DNA from: a virus
Taxonomy: Duplodnaviria > Caudoviricetes
IMG/VR virus record: IMGVR_UViG_3300042196_000028
Coordinates: 1-48,833 of that record
Direction: 5' to 3' (one strand)
DNA: 48,833 nucleotides
Below, piece by piece: positions 27,968 through 36,715 of the stretch. A program made the translations under genes and the position numbers. The notes under the pieces are model-generated. The model worked only from the letters and a program-made list of their open reading frames with translations, was not told where the DNA came from and made no database searches. Numbering within the stretch: position 1 is the stretch's first letter; each line of letters starts with the position of its first letter.

Positions 27968-28485
27968 ACCCCAAGCACTCCCCGCAGTTCGTCATGAAGA
28001 TGCTCAACTTGTGCAGCAAGCTCAGGATCAATCGGCAGTAGCCGTTCAATCTTGCGAACGCCCGAGAGGACCGTCGTGTGGTCTCGACCGCCCATGCGCT
28101 TGCCGATGTAGGTAAGCGGTAAAATTGTTAAGTGCCGCGTCAGGTACATCGCCACCTGACGGGGGCGGACAATGCGATGCGTGCGCCCGTGCGCGATCAA
28201 GTCGGCAAACGACACCCGGTAGAACTTGCAGACGGCAAAATTAATTGCCGACATGGTGATGATCGCCGTCCCGGTGACAGGACAAACAGGCTCTATCGGG
28301 AAATTCCTGATAACGATTGGAATCGGCTTTGGTGCTACTTCTGCCGGTATTTCAGGGGTTTCTTGAGCCAAATGAACCACGGGCGTCTTTGTGGACAAAT
28401 GTGCATAACGTCTGGCAAGCGCCTTTACATCGCCCGCAGTCCGGCATTCGACGGCTTCAACGCGAGCTAGATTTTCCCAACTCAT
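27964..28485 (-). CDS. DnaA C-terminal (domain IV) HTH-containing protein
   Basis: RPRQVAMYL..IG..GGRDHTTVLSGVRKI, the DnaA domain IV signature; no AAA+ domain. Confidence 0.88.
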   Translation of the reverse strand: MSWENLARVEAVECRTAGDVKALARRYAHLSTKTPVVHLAQETPEIPAEVAPKPIPIVIRNFPIEPVCPVTGTAIITMSAINFAVCKFYRVSFADLIAHGRTHRIVRPRQVAMYLTRHLTILPLTYIGKRMGGRDHTTVLSGVRKIERLLPIDPELAAQVEHLHDELRGVLGV

Positions 28486-28715
28486 TACAATTCCCTCCGC
28501 TCGATCATGCTCTTTGCTATTTCGTCCGCGAGCCGCTGTAGAAAATTGTAGGCCGCAGCCTCGCCCTCCAGCTGCATCAATGCCCCGGCGCTGGATTCAA
28601 TAGTGCCCTTGCAAACGGCGGTCGTGCGCTTGCGGCCATACTTGATGAATGACTGGCAATAGGCCGTGCCGCTGTTGAAAGCGGCTTTGAAGCGGAGTTC
28701 GTCGAGATTGCTCAT
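28485..28715 (-). CDS. Hypothetical protein
   Basis: Start MSNLDE after a G-rich RBS; TAATG coupling. Confidence 0.55.
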   Translation of the reverse strand: MSNLDELRFKAAFNSGTAYCQSFIKYGRKRTTAVCKGTIESSAGALMQLEGEAAAYNFLQRLADEIAKSMIERREL

Positions 28716-28797
28716 TCCCCGCCCTCCTTCGACTGAGGGAGGCAAAGAGCAACCAGAATGTTTATTTCAATAAGGATTTCGATGATTGTGAGCGTGG

Positions 28798-29508
28798 TCA
28801 TGCGCGTCCCTCCGATTGAAGGATTGCGCGGCCGATTATTTCTGGGATGAGCGGGACAACGGCGTTACCGAGCGCCGCTAAGCGGTGTGGTTCAGCGGAA
28901 TTTGCATTAACCACTCGACAAATTCTGGGTTCGGAATCCCACCAAGATGCGTGCTGAGACTCGTGCCACCCTGCGGAAATTTCGAGCGGCGGTAGCCTGT
29001 CTCGCTCGCCAGCGGGGTAGGATATAATCCAGAGGCGATCCCGCCGGTGAGGCGCGTCAACGGCGTTAACTGGGATACAGTGCCACTCCGCATCATACCC
29101 GAGCGAAGAGAGCTCGCTGAGCATTGCTTCCAGTCCACGAGAGCGAAGGACCGGACTATTCTCAAGGATGACAACCCGTGGCTGAATATCGGTGACGAGG
29201 CGGAACGCCTCACGCCAAAGCCCGCTCTTTTCCCCATCTGCGCCCGACATCCGTCCGGCAAGGCTAATGTCTTGGCACGGGAACCCGCCTGTAATGCAGT
29301 CCACGGAAATTCCGTCTGCCCGTAATTGTTCTGCGGTAAGGGTGCGGACATCTTCGTAGATCGGGACATCGGGCCAATGCTTTCTCAAAACCTGTTGGCA
29401 GAAGGGGTTGATTTCCACGAACGCGACCGTTTTGAACCTGCCCGTCCTTTCCAGGCCGATGTCAAAACCGCCGATTCCTGCGAATAACGAAAGGACGCGG
29501 TACGTCAT
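28798..29508 (-). CDS. C5 DNA cytosine methyltransferase, large (alpha) subunit
   Basis: SLFAGIGG (I), GFPCQ (IV), ENS (VI), HRRDR (VIII), LGNAVVP (X). Confidence 0.92.
   Translation of the reverse strand: MTYRVLSLFAGIGGFDIGLERTGRFKTVAFVEINPFCQQVLRKHWPDVPIYEDVRTLTAEQLRADGISVDCITGGFPCQDISLAGRMSGADGEKSGLWREAFRLVTDIQPRVVILENSPVLRSRGLEAMLSELSSLGYDAEWHCIPVNAVDAPHRRDRLWIISYPAGERDRLPPLEISAGWHESQHASWWDSEPRICRVVNANSAEPHRLAALGNAVVPLIPEIIGRAILQSEGRA
28878..29369 (-). CDS. Putative small (beta) MTase subunit in an overlapping frame
   Basis: SGLYPTP..SLSTHLGG.PNPEFVEWLMQIP, a motif-IX-like segment; true start uncertain. Confidence 0.7.
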   Translation of the reverse strand: MSRSTKMSAPLPQNNYGQTEFPWTALQAGSRAKTLALPDGCRAQMGKRAGFGVRRSASSPIFSHGLSSLRIVRSFALVDWKQCSASSLRSGMMRSGTVSQLTPLTRLTGGIASGLYPTPLASETGYRRSKFPQGGTSLSTHLGGIPNPEFVEWLMQIPLNHTA

Positions 29509-29703
29509 CGCCCTCTCCATGCTTTCGCAATGGCTGGTAGTGAGCCGTCGCCTTCGATCCAGTCGGAAATAGCCGCCCACGTTCGCGCGCAACGAAGGTG
29601 CGCACGTGCGATCAAGTCTGCCGTGTCGGCTAACATTTGCCGCATGATCGGGTTATGGCCTGTCCACCCGTTGGCACGATGCGCGTGCCGCGTACTCGCT
29701 CCG

Positions 29704-30114
29704 CTACTTGGTGTCCGCCGCGTCTTCCAATTCCAGTTCGCGTTGAAGTTCTTGAATGTCACTGCGCAGCTTTGCGCGACGTAACCGGCGCTTGAACGCT
29801 TTCCACCAAAGCGGACGAGCGTTCCCCATGATCGCTTCAAGGAAATTCAGCCCTTCCTCGGATCGCAAAAGTGCGGCCAGCGCCTCTGACGTCATGTCGT
29901 GTTTTCTTGCAAGCCAATAAGCGCATGCGCGCTCGGAAGCCCCTGATTTTATTGATAGATTTACTGACGTCTTAACCGGCCACAAGATACGCGCCGTGTG
30001 CATGACTGCATCAATCGGATGCAAGGGGGTTGCAGCAAATTTGCAATCGTTTGCACCCCGCCCATTTGCCATCCCGGCAGCAGCGTTGGCATGGTTGCGC
30101 ATGGAAATGTTCAC
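29704..30114 (-). CDS. CII-position regulatory protein
   Basis: HTH-like KTSVNLS..GASERACAYWL; downstream of cro. Confidence 0.55.
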   Translation of the reverse strand: MNISMRNHANAAAGMANGRGANDCKFAATPLHPIDAVMHTARILWPVKTSVNLSIKSGASERACAYWLARKHDMTSEALAALLRSEEGLNFLEAIMGNARPLWWKAFKRRLRRAKLRSDIQELQRELELEDAADTK

Positions 30115-30134
30115 GACGCCACCGAGGTTTGAAA

Positions 30135-30248
30135 ATGGAATGGATACTGGCGATTATATTCCTCGCCTTCGCGGTAGGTTTTGCGTCCGCGATAGGCGGG
30201 GTGTGGTTTCTGATTTGGGTTGGTCCCGAGGAACGGGTGCCAGATTGA
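30135..30248 (+). CDS. 37-aa single-TM peptide
   Basis: GAGG RBS; MEWILAIIFLAFAVGFASAIGGVWFLIWV. Confidence 0.45.
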   Translation: MEWILAIIFLAFAVGFASAIGGVWFLIWVGPEERVPD

Positions 30249-30376
30249 GTTGGTTGCGCGAGTTGACCGGATTGACGGGAAACGTCTTGGCCCGACAGCG
30301 GCCCCGATCCGATCTTGGGTTGCTAGTAATCGACGCTCGCGCTGACCGACGAGGAGCCGCCGCTGCCAGTAGCTGG

Positions 30377-30652
30377 TTAGCCGAGATAATTCTCGGCGCG
30401 AACCAAATGATTTTCCAGCCGGTTCACCATGCGCTGAATTTCGTGAAGGTGGCTGATCGTGTTGCCAGCGGGCACTTCCCCGCCAAGCGGACTCGCGACT
30501 TCCGGTCGAGAACCGCCAATCTTGTCCGCAATAAAATTCGCCTTGCCGGAAAGATCGGAAATTTGCTTGCTGATCGACATCAGAAGCGACTCGATAGTGT
30601 CCTCTTTCGGTTGTGTGACCGCCACGTTCATGCCGCCAGAATAGTCCGCCAT
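30377..30652 (-). CDS. Hypothetical coiled-coil protein
   Basis: AAGGAG RBS before MADYSG. Confidence 0.6.
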   Translation of the reverse strand: MADYSGGMNVAVTQPKEDTIESLLMSISKQISDLSGKANFIADKIGGSRPEVASPLGGEVPAGNTISHLHEIQRMVNRLENHLVRAENYLG

Positions 30653-31055
30653 CGTCTTCTCCTTGGTTGGTGGGCTTGGAATTTGCGCGGCGCTCAACCG
30701 TGCGAGGAAACGGGAGCGCCGCTGACGCGGACTGCGCGGGGGCAGGACAATCCGTGTGTTCTAATGGGGAATTTCCATGTCGCCTGAAAAACGAAAGGCG
30801 ATCATCAAAGCCTTTGAAAGACTGCTCAAGGCTATGGAGGAAGCCGAACAATCCAAGAAGGTTGCTTCCAAGAAGAGCAACCAATGATGTCGTATCGGAG
30901 AGACAGGAATGCTGTCGTTCAGTACGTAGAAATACTACGTTCAAGTAACGAGTACGTGCAGCGCGTGACTTGCGGGCGTAACCCCCGCGACAAGTTCCCG
31001 CATTGGTTCGTGGGGCGTACAACCTCAGCACAGGATTTGTGCTGGGAGGCCTGTA

Positions 31056-31325
31056 ATGCCGAATACTTCCGTTCCGTCGCTGGTCGAGGTTATTCAAGCG
31101 CCAGAAATCTATTGCTCCGAACTGAGTTGGGTCGAAGCAACCGGGCCGAATGTCAGATTTTTTCTCACTGTCAAAGGATCGTCCGCGCTCCTTGGCGAAC
31201 AAGAAATGAGCCAAGTCGTGTTGAGGGTCATCATGCCGTTGGAGGCAGTCGTTCCGGCTGTCGAATTGACATTGCGCCGCCTCGCCCTTCACGGCGCGCT
31301 GCGAATCTTGCGCGTAGTGAAATAG
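31056..31325 (+). CDS. Hypothetical protein convergent with cro
   Basis: GGAGG RBS; 89 aa. Confidence 0.5.
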   Translation: MPNTSVPSLVEVIQAPEIYCSELSWVEATGPNVRFFLTVKGSSALLGEQEMSQVVLRVIMPLEAVVPAVELTLRRLALHGALRILRVVK

Positions 31326-31327
31326 GC

Positions 31328-31564
31328 TCACTGCGCTTCCTCCGTCTCACGGAGAGGGATGAAATCTCCCGGCGCGATGTCGATAGAATTTTCTTGCGCG
31401 TAATCGAGGATGGTCCGGTGATGCCGTTGGGGAATGGTCCCGCCGGTCCCGCCCTTGTCGCGCGGTTGCTGCCAACGATAGGGCGCGGTTAATGCCGTAG
31501 CCGTTATTCGAGCGACTACCGCCTCCCCGCCCAGCTTCTGAATGATTGTGTTCGCTGGCTCCAT
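31328..31564 (-). CDS. cro: Cro-like repressor
   Basis: IIQKLGG..VA....YRW..GGTGGTIP HTH; divergent from cI. Confidence 0.8.
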   Translation of the reverse strand: MEPANTIIQKLGGEAVVARITATALTAPYRWQQPRDKGGTGGTIPQRHHRTILDYAQENSIDIAPGDFIPLRETEEAQ

Positions 31565-31575
31565 GGTGCGAGCAA

Positions 31576-31650
31576 TTTCGGATATTCAGAAATCAATGTC
31601 AAGCGCGATTTCTGAAATGCCGAATTGCCCGCCTTTCTGTATTCCAGAAG
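31576..31650. promoter_or_regulatory. OR-like triple operator and PR promoter
   Basis: TTTCGGATATTCAGAAA (31576), TTTCTGAAATGCCGAAT (31609), TTTCTGTATTCCAGAAG (31634); TTGACA on the minus strand at 31597-31602. Confidence 0.85.
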
Positions 31651-31658
31651 GATGGGCC

Positions 31659-32207
31659 ATGGACTCACGGCAGCTAAAGCAACTCTTTGAAAAGACCGGG
31701 AAACCCAAATCAGGGCTGGCAAGCGCATTGGGAGTAAGAAATAGCGCCGTTACCGAACTGATCGCGGGCGAGCGCCGCCTGTTGGCGACCGAACTCCCCA
31801 AGGTCCGGCACTATTTCGACCTCGATACCGTGCCTCTCGTCGGCTTCGTGGCCGCTGGCAAGACAACGTTCTTCCCCCAGGAGACGGAATGGGACCGCGT
31901 ACCGGCCCCAGACGGAGCAAACGAGAACACCGTGGCCGTCGAAATCAGGGGCCAAAGCCTCGGCCCAGCCTTCGACGGCTGGCTCGCCTATTACGACAAT
32001 GTTCAGCGCCCCGTAACGCGAATCGCCCTCGGGAACCTGTGCGTTGTCGGCTTGGAGGACGGCAGCACGGTCATCAAAAACGTGCGCCAAAGCCGCCTGA
32101 AAGGCCGTGTTCACCTGTTTTCCAACGGAACCGAGGCCCCTATTCTCGATGCCAAAGTAGAATGGGCGGCTATTGTGAAGGCTTTACAGCCCCGTAATGT
32201 GAAATAA
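31659..32207 (+). CDS. cI: CI-like repressor with S24 autopeptidase domain
   Basis: N-terminal HTH; VPLVGFVAAG cleavage site; GQSL serine and VIKNV lysine. Confidence 0.9.
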   Translation: MDSRQLKQLFEKTGKPKSGLASALGVRNSAVTELIAGERRLLATELPKVRHYFDLDTVPLVGFVAAGKTTFFPQETEWDRVPAPDGANENTVAVEIRGQSLGPAFDGWLAYYDNVQRPVTRIALGNLCVVGLEDGSTVIKNVRQSRLKGRVHLFSNGTEAPILDAKVEWAAIVKALQPRNVK

Positions 32208-32497
32208 TGGCCACTCAGGAGGATGATATGGGGGGCGTATTCGTGTTTCTGCTGATTGCTAGCGGAGCTTGGTATTTTGGAGCCTTCGACCGCTGGAGTT
32301 ACACCTACCGAGCCGAGGTTGGTTACTATCAAGACGGCCAACAAACGTGGTTTGTCGGCCCCGACCAAGACTATGAGGGCTGCATAGCCGAGGCCCGAGG
32401 GCGTTTCACTGGCATCAACATAGCGAGTCCAAACAGGGCCTTCTCGTGGGCCTGCCGAAAGATGCAGGGCGAGAGATTTTTAGAGCGCGTCCGCTAG
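32207..32497 (+). CDS. Membrane-anchored protein co-transcribed with cI (possible exclusion function)
   Basis: TAATG coupling to cI; N-terminal TM; two Cys in the exported part. Confidence 0.6.
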   Translation: MATQEDDMGGVFVFLLIASGAWYFGAFDRWSYTYRAEVGYYQDGQQTWFVGPDQDYEGCIAEARGRFTGINIASPNRAFSWACRKMQGERFLERVR

Positions 32498-32602
32498 CCC
32501 TCCCCTAAAAACGCGCCTACGGGCTCCCTAGGCCCTTCTAGGGCCATTCCATAGCCATTTGACCCCTGCCCTAGCCTGCCGTTCTGGCGGGCCACAATTA
32601 TT

Positions 32603-32650
32603 TTTCTGTTTTACCGAAATAGTTGTTGACGGCTTTCTGTTTTTCCGAAA
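32603..32650 (+). promoter_or_regulatory. OL-like double operator and PL promoter
   Basis: TTTCTGTTTTACCGAAA (32603) and TTTCTGTTTTTCCGAAA (32634) flanking TTGACG (32626). Confidence 0.85.
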
Positions 32651-32680
32651 TAGTCTCTCTCACAGCAAGGGATAGACGAT

Positions 32681-32890
32681 ATGGACATGAACCGCACCGA
32701 GCAATGGCTGAAAAACGTCTCGACGATGAATGACGAGGAGCTGGCCGCGCAACTCGCCGCGCTGGCGGAAGATTATCCGAACTACGCCGAAGACCCGGCT
32801 GGCCTCGCCAACCTTGGCCGCATGGTCGCGGTCGTCGAAGCAATCGCCGTATTCAAATTCCCCGACTCGCCCGCGCGCGACGCCGCCTGA
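32681..32890 (+). CDS. Hypothetical early protein
   Basis: First ORF after PL. Confidence 0.6.
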   Translation: MDMNRTEQWLKNVSTMNDEELAAQLAALAEDYPNYAEDPAGLANLGRMVAVVEAIAVFKFPDSPARDAA

Positions 32891-32897
32891 ACAATTC

Positions 32898-32917
32898 ACC
32901 GAGGGAGCCCTACGGGG
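32898..32917 (+). repeat. 20-bp intergenic repeat ACCGAGGGAGCCCTACGGGG (second copy 33193-33212)
   Basis: Exact duplication flanking one gene; the second copy forms a GAGGGAGCCC-TACG-GGGCTCTCTC hairpin. Confidence 0.85.
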
Positions 32918-32921
32918 GGAG

Positions 32922-33188
32922 ATGGCTATGAAATCACATGACGCCGTAAACATCGTTTTTCAGTACCCGCTCGAAGCCGACCGGGTGATCCCCATCGACG
33001 AAGCGTTCGCGTTTGCCGATCAAGAAAACAAGCTGTGGCAAGCGGGATACGTCATCTGGCGCGACGGCAGCCGGTCTTACGCAAAATCATGGTGGGACTC
33101 TCTGACCGGAAAGATGGTCCGCATCGGGGCTGGCGCATACGGCGATCTCAACGTGCTGGAGCGCAACTTTAGCGAACTGAACTCGTAA
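32922..33188 (+). CDS. Hypothetical early protein
   Basis: GGAG RBS before MAMKSHD. Confidence 0.6.
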   Translation: MAMKSHDAVNIVFQYPLEADRVIPIDEAFAFADQENKLWQAGYVIWRDGSRSYAKSWWDSLTGKMVRIGAGAYGDLNVLERNFSELNS

Positions 33189-33244
33189 AGCAACCGAGGG
33201 AGCCCTACGGGGCTCTCTCACAGACAATGGAAGGGTGGGATGGC

Positions 33245-33580
33245 ATGGCTGAGACAAAACATACGCCGGGACCGTGGGCGTGGCGCGAGTTTGGCAGCGG
33301 CATCATGCTTGTAACTCAACACCAAGGCTCGCGCGTTGTTCTATCCGCAAGCCCACGCGGCGTCCTGCAAACGCGGGATGCGAACGGAACGCTTCGCCAG
33401 ATCGAGGCCGATCATCCCAACGCTCTTCTACTCAAAGCTGCGCCTGACATGCTCGCGGCGTTGAATGAAATCGACGAAATGCCGTTCTCGATGGTGAACG
33501 ACTCCGAGAGCCTTCGGCATACGATCAAAACAATTCAAGCAATGGCTCGCGCCGCCATCGGAAAAGCAAAGCCCGCCTAA
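33245..33580 (+). CDS. HTPGPW-family phage early protein
   Basis: KHTPGPW..NALLLKAAPDML motif. Confidence 0.75.
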   Translation: MAETKHTPGPWAWREFGSGIMLVTQHQGSRVVLSASPRGVLQTRDANGTLRQIEADHPNALLLKAAPDMLAALNEIDEMPFSMVNDSESLRHTIKTIQAMARAAIGKAKPA

Positions 33581-33627
33581 TCACCCAAGAGCCATACGGG
33601 GCGTCTGTATCGTGGGGAGAAGTTAGT

Positions 33628-34074
33628 GGACTAGCAGCCGGAGTGCCAACCGAACGCAAGTGCAAATTACTCGAACGCCTGAGCAAGCTCTAGGAGAAGA
33701 AGATGAGCGCAAAACCCGGAGAGATTTACAGCCACTTCGCCAGCAAGTTTTCCACGCCAATCGAAGGAGCGCTGCGCGTCTGGTGGATTCCGCAAATACC
33801 CGGAAAGCAATTTGAATGGCCAGTCAATTCGACAGACGAAGCCGCCATGCTTCTGGACGCGCTCGCGGCCTATGACGATTTTCAATTCTCTCAGCGCGTA
33901 AAGGGTGACTACTCCAACACGGGCGGTCTTCTTCGTTTCGAGGGCGGCGAGTGGGTCGATTGGGAAGACGATGAATGCGACGAGTTTGATGCGTGGCGCG
34001 AGAAGCAAAAAGAAACACCCGGCACGGCGGAAAAATAATGAAGGCCGTTCCTACGGGCACCGAGTGAATAGTCC
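33628..34074 (+). mobile_element. GGACTA..TAGTCC-bounded cassette 1
   Basis: Left end GGACTAGCAGCCGGA, 75 nt to ATG, right end GAGTGAATAGTCC. Confidence 0.55.
33703..34038 (+). CDS. P22 gp17-like protein (superinfection-exclusion-related family)
   Basis: LRVWWIPQIP..F..PV..LAAYD.FQ..DYSNTGGL..W.DW motif pattern. Confidence 0.7.
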   Translation: MSAKPGEIYSHFASKFSTPIEGALRVWWIPQIPGKQFEWPVNSTDEAAMLLDALAAYDDFQFSQRVKGDYSNTGGLLRFEGGEWVDWEDDECDEFDAWREKQKETPGTAEK

Positions 34075-34107
34075 CAACCTACTTCTACACCCTGAGAGTG
34101 ACAGAAA

Positions 34108-34407
34108 ATGACAAAGAGATTGATAGCGCCTCAGATTGACTTTGTGGACGGGCTTTTTGACGGGCTCTACGCGAGCGACCAAGAGCGTCGCTTCCTCGCT
34201 GGGAGTAAGGCGACAGCAGAGGCGCTAGTCGATTGGCTGGAATACGCCGAAGAAAATCTACACGAATTTGACGTTGACGGCGACGAGTGCGCGGCGGGTG
34301 AAAAGCTGTGCCCGCGTTGCGAGAACAGCGGCTGTATTCAAATGAAAATCCGTAACGCCCGCGCCGCCCTCCTCGCTCAAGGCTATTCGTATTCGGAACA
34401 GGAGTGA
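34108..34407 (+). CDS. Hypothetical protein with Cys cluster
   Basis: C..CPRC...C. Confidence 0.55.
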   Translation: MTKRLIAPQIDFVDGLFDGLYASDQERRFLAGSKATAEALVDWLEYAEENLHEFDVDGDECAAGEKLCPRCENSGCIQMKIRNARAALLAQGYSYSEQE

Positions 34408-34662
34408 GTGATGAAATTCTTGCCGGAAGAATATGCTGCGCTGACAGAATACTACGCGGAATTTATTGCGCGCGATCAATATATCACCAAGACAGATCAC
34501 ATCATTTTTTCCGCCCTCCGTATAGCGAGCCGCGCGACGGAGGAATCTGCGGTCGCAATCGCAACCAAAATTTCTAGCGAATGGGGCGATGCGGGGAATA
34601 AGCCCGAAACCGTTGCGCGAGAAGTTGCCCGCGCCATCCTCAAGCATCTAGGGGAGGAATGA
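34408..34662 (+). CDS. Hypothetical protein
   Basis: Tightly packed in the operon. Confidence 0.55.
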   Translation: MMKFLPEEYAALTEYYAEFIARDQYITKTDHIIFSALRIASRATEESAVAIATKISSEWGDAGNKPETVAREVARAILKHLGEE

Positions 34663-34932
34663 ATGCCGGATAGCAAGAAGATTGATGATGGCGGGCCTGC
34701 GTTTCCGCAAGCACCAAATCGTGTCGTCGTGAACGCTGACGGCACACTTCGTCCATTCGGATATGACGGCCTTTCGCTCAGGGATTGGTTCGCGGGGCAG
34801 GCGCTGGCGGGAATGATTGAGCGCGAAACGATAGCCGAGCGCCTCGTACTGGATACCGACCTGACGAAGCACTGCGCGTTTTGGGCATATCACTTTGCCG
34901 ACGCCATGCTCGCTGCGAGGACAAAGCCATGA
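34663..34932 (+). CDS. Conserved phage early protein
   Basis: DGGPAFP..GLSLRDWFAGQAL..AY..ADAML motif. Confidence 0.75.
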   Translation: MPDSKKIDDGGPAFPQAPNRVVVNADGTLRPFGYDGLSLRDWFAGQALAGMIERETIAERLVLDTDLTKHCAFWAYHFADAMLAARTKP

Positions 34933-34972
34933 CCCGCATAGCAACGCTCCCGCTGCCTAGTGAGGTGCAATC

Positions 34973-35239
34973 GTGAGCGGGGCGAAGAATGCCGGACGTA
35001 TCTCAGTCCGCACGCGCAAACCGCCGATTCAGCATCGCGTGTTGGGGTACGTTTCTGACCGCAGCGTCGGTATTGAGGATGAGCCGGCCGTTGTCTGGAT
35101 CGACGGCGACGGAGGCTGGTGGTCTGGACTGCCGGGCCATTATCTCGATCTGCGCCTGCTGAAGTGGCGCGTCACGCATTGGAAACCAATCGACGATGCC
35201 CCCCGCGCCACCCTCGCCAAGGAAGGCAAGAAGCCATGA
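34973..35239 (+). CDS. Hypothetical protein (DUF551-like C-terminus)
   Basis: VTHWKP motif. Confidence 0.55.
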   Translation: MSGAKNAGRISVRTRKPPIQHRVLGYVSDRSVGIEDEPAVVWIDGDGGWWSGLPGHYLDLRLLKWRVTHWKPIDDAPRATLAKEGKKP

Positions 35240-35574
35240 CCGCTCCCGCAAGCCTCCCCCTTCCTACTGAATTACCCGGTCCAGGTCCGTTCCTGCTGGT
35301 TCTGGGTTCGGGTGATCCTGTAGTCGGATCGTTCGATGAAATCGTGCGGGATATTCGAGACGGCTATATCGAAAACGTCTCGGTCATCTACGAACTGTCC
35401 CCGCGCGACGGAACGATGGCGGACGTAACGCTGACAATCGCACGCGCTGTTCATGCGCTCATTGAAAGTCAGGGCTATCCGGTCAATCGCGATCTGGCGA
35501 ACTGGCTTGATTCGCATTTGGAATTATCCGTCAAGGCTGAAAAGTCATGGCGTGAACTTACGGCAGCGGAATAA
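35236..35574 (+). CDS. Hypothetical protein
   Basis: ATGA-coupled start MTAPAS. Confidence 0.55.
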   Translation: MTAPASLPLPTELPGPGPFLLVLGSGDPVVGSFDEIVRDIRDGYIENVSVIYELSPRDGTMADVTLTIARAVHALIESQGYPVNRDLANWLDSHLELSVKAEKSWRELTAAE

Positions 35575-35583
35575 GGAGAGAAG

Positions 35584-35907
35584 ATGCGCAGCTTCATGGA
35601 ATTAATCTACATCGATAGCGAAGAAGATGCGCGGCAGACAAACATGCAAGCGCAAGGCGCAACGGACGCGGAGACGTGGCGACTGTTTAATTCGTACCGG
35701 AAGCACTCGGTTGACATCAAGCAGGCGAGCTTTCTTCTCGACTATCACAACCGCAAGGGCGATCTAGCCGACACTATCGCTATTGATGATGTTGGTTTCA
35801 CGGCGATCACTGGCAAGCAACCGAAGTCGGATGCGGAGTACCGCAATATCGACGCAAGCTTTTGGGCGTCGGTTCAAGAATCCCGTGAACTTGTGGGGGC
35901 GGGGTGA
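35584..35907 (+). CDS. Hypothetical protein
   Basis: AAGGAG RBS. Confidence 0.6.
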   Translation: MRSFMELIYIDSEEDARQTNMQAQGATDAETWRLFNSYRKHSVDIKQASFLLDYHNRKGDLADTIAIDDVGFTAITGKQPKSDAEYRNIDASFWASVQESRELVGAG

Positions 35908-36287
35908 TGAAAGAACTCATTGCACGTTTGGAAAAGGCGACGGGGCCGGATCGGGAATTGGACGTAGCGATTGCATTCGCTGTCGGCCTGATCCGCGAGC
36001 GCGACGGAAACTATCTGTACGCCACTGGCAACGACTCCGACATGGTTGTCGAGCCGAACGAATACGACGACCACCTAGTCGCGCAACCGCTCAGATATTT
36101 CACTTCCAGCATAGACTGCGCCCTGTCGCTAGTACCGGAGGGGTGGATTTGGGACCTCGCCTCAACCGGAGCGGCATGGGTGATGCCGGATGGTGACATC
36201 GAGGGACAGATAGTTGTCAGCGGCATTAAGCACCCCGCCATTGCCCTCGTCATAGCCGCACTACGCGCTCGTGAAGCGATGAAATAA
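35904..36287 (+). CDS. Conserved phage protein
   Basis: LEKATGPDRELD..FTSSIDCALSLVPEGW..PAIAL..AALRA motif. Confidence 0.7.
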   Translation: MMKELIARLEKATGPDRELDVAIAFAVGLIRERDGNYLYATGNDSDMVVEPNEYDDHLVAQPLRYFTSSIDCALSLVPEGWIWDLASTGAAWVMPDGDIEGQIVVSGIKHPAIALVIAALRAREAMK

Positions 36288-36288
36288 T

Positions 36289-36668
36289 GGACTAGCAGCC
36301 GGAACGTAACCCGATAACGAGTGCGAGCACTCGGACACCGAACAAGTTTGATGGAGAAAGAAAATGTCTGAAGCAAACGGCACGGTCAAGATCGATAAGG
36401 GAATTAAGTTCGTGAGGAAGCCGACAGACGGCAGACGGTATTCAAAATACCCGTGGGACAAAATGAAAGTCGGTGACTCGTTTCTCATGGACCCGAAGAT
36501 TAAGTCAAACTCCGGTTACACGATTGCGAAGTTAGCAAGCCTTCGCACAGGAATGAAATTCACCGCGCGCATGACGCACGAAGGCTTCCGCTGCTGGCGC
36601 GAAGAATAGCACCTAGCACAACGCCAACATACTGAAGACGCGTGAGCGATTCAAAGAGGGAATAGTCC
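36289..36668 (+). mobile_element. GGACTA..TAGTCC-bounded cassette 2
   Basis: Left end GGACTAGCAGCCGGA, 75 nt to ATG, right end GAGGGAATAGTCC. Confidence 0.55.
36364..36609 (+). CDS. Small basic putative DNA-binding protein
   Basis: SKYPWDKMKVGDSF..F.AR....G.RCWR motif. Confidence 0.65.
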   Translation: MSEANGTVKIDKGIKFVRKPTDGRRYSKYPWDKMKVGDSFLMDPKIKSNSGYTIAKLASLRTGMKFTARMTHEGFRCWREE

Positions 36669-36715
36669 ATGACCAACCCCCTAGACCACGATCCCCAGGC
36701 ACAAGGAGTAATGTC

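Noticed and set aside
30111-31331. 406-aa minus-strand ORF
   Set aside because: R/S-rich with no motifs and overlaps several better-supported small genes; likely a shadow ORF
32898-33642. CRISPR-like array from the short repeats
   Set aside because: Spacing is hundreds of bp containing whole genes, and there are no cas genes
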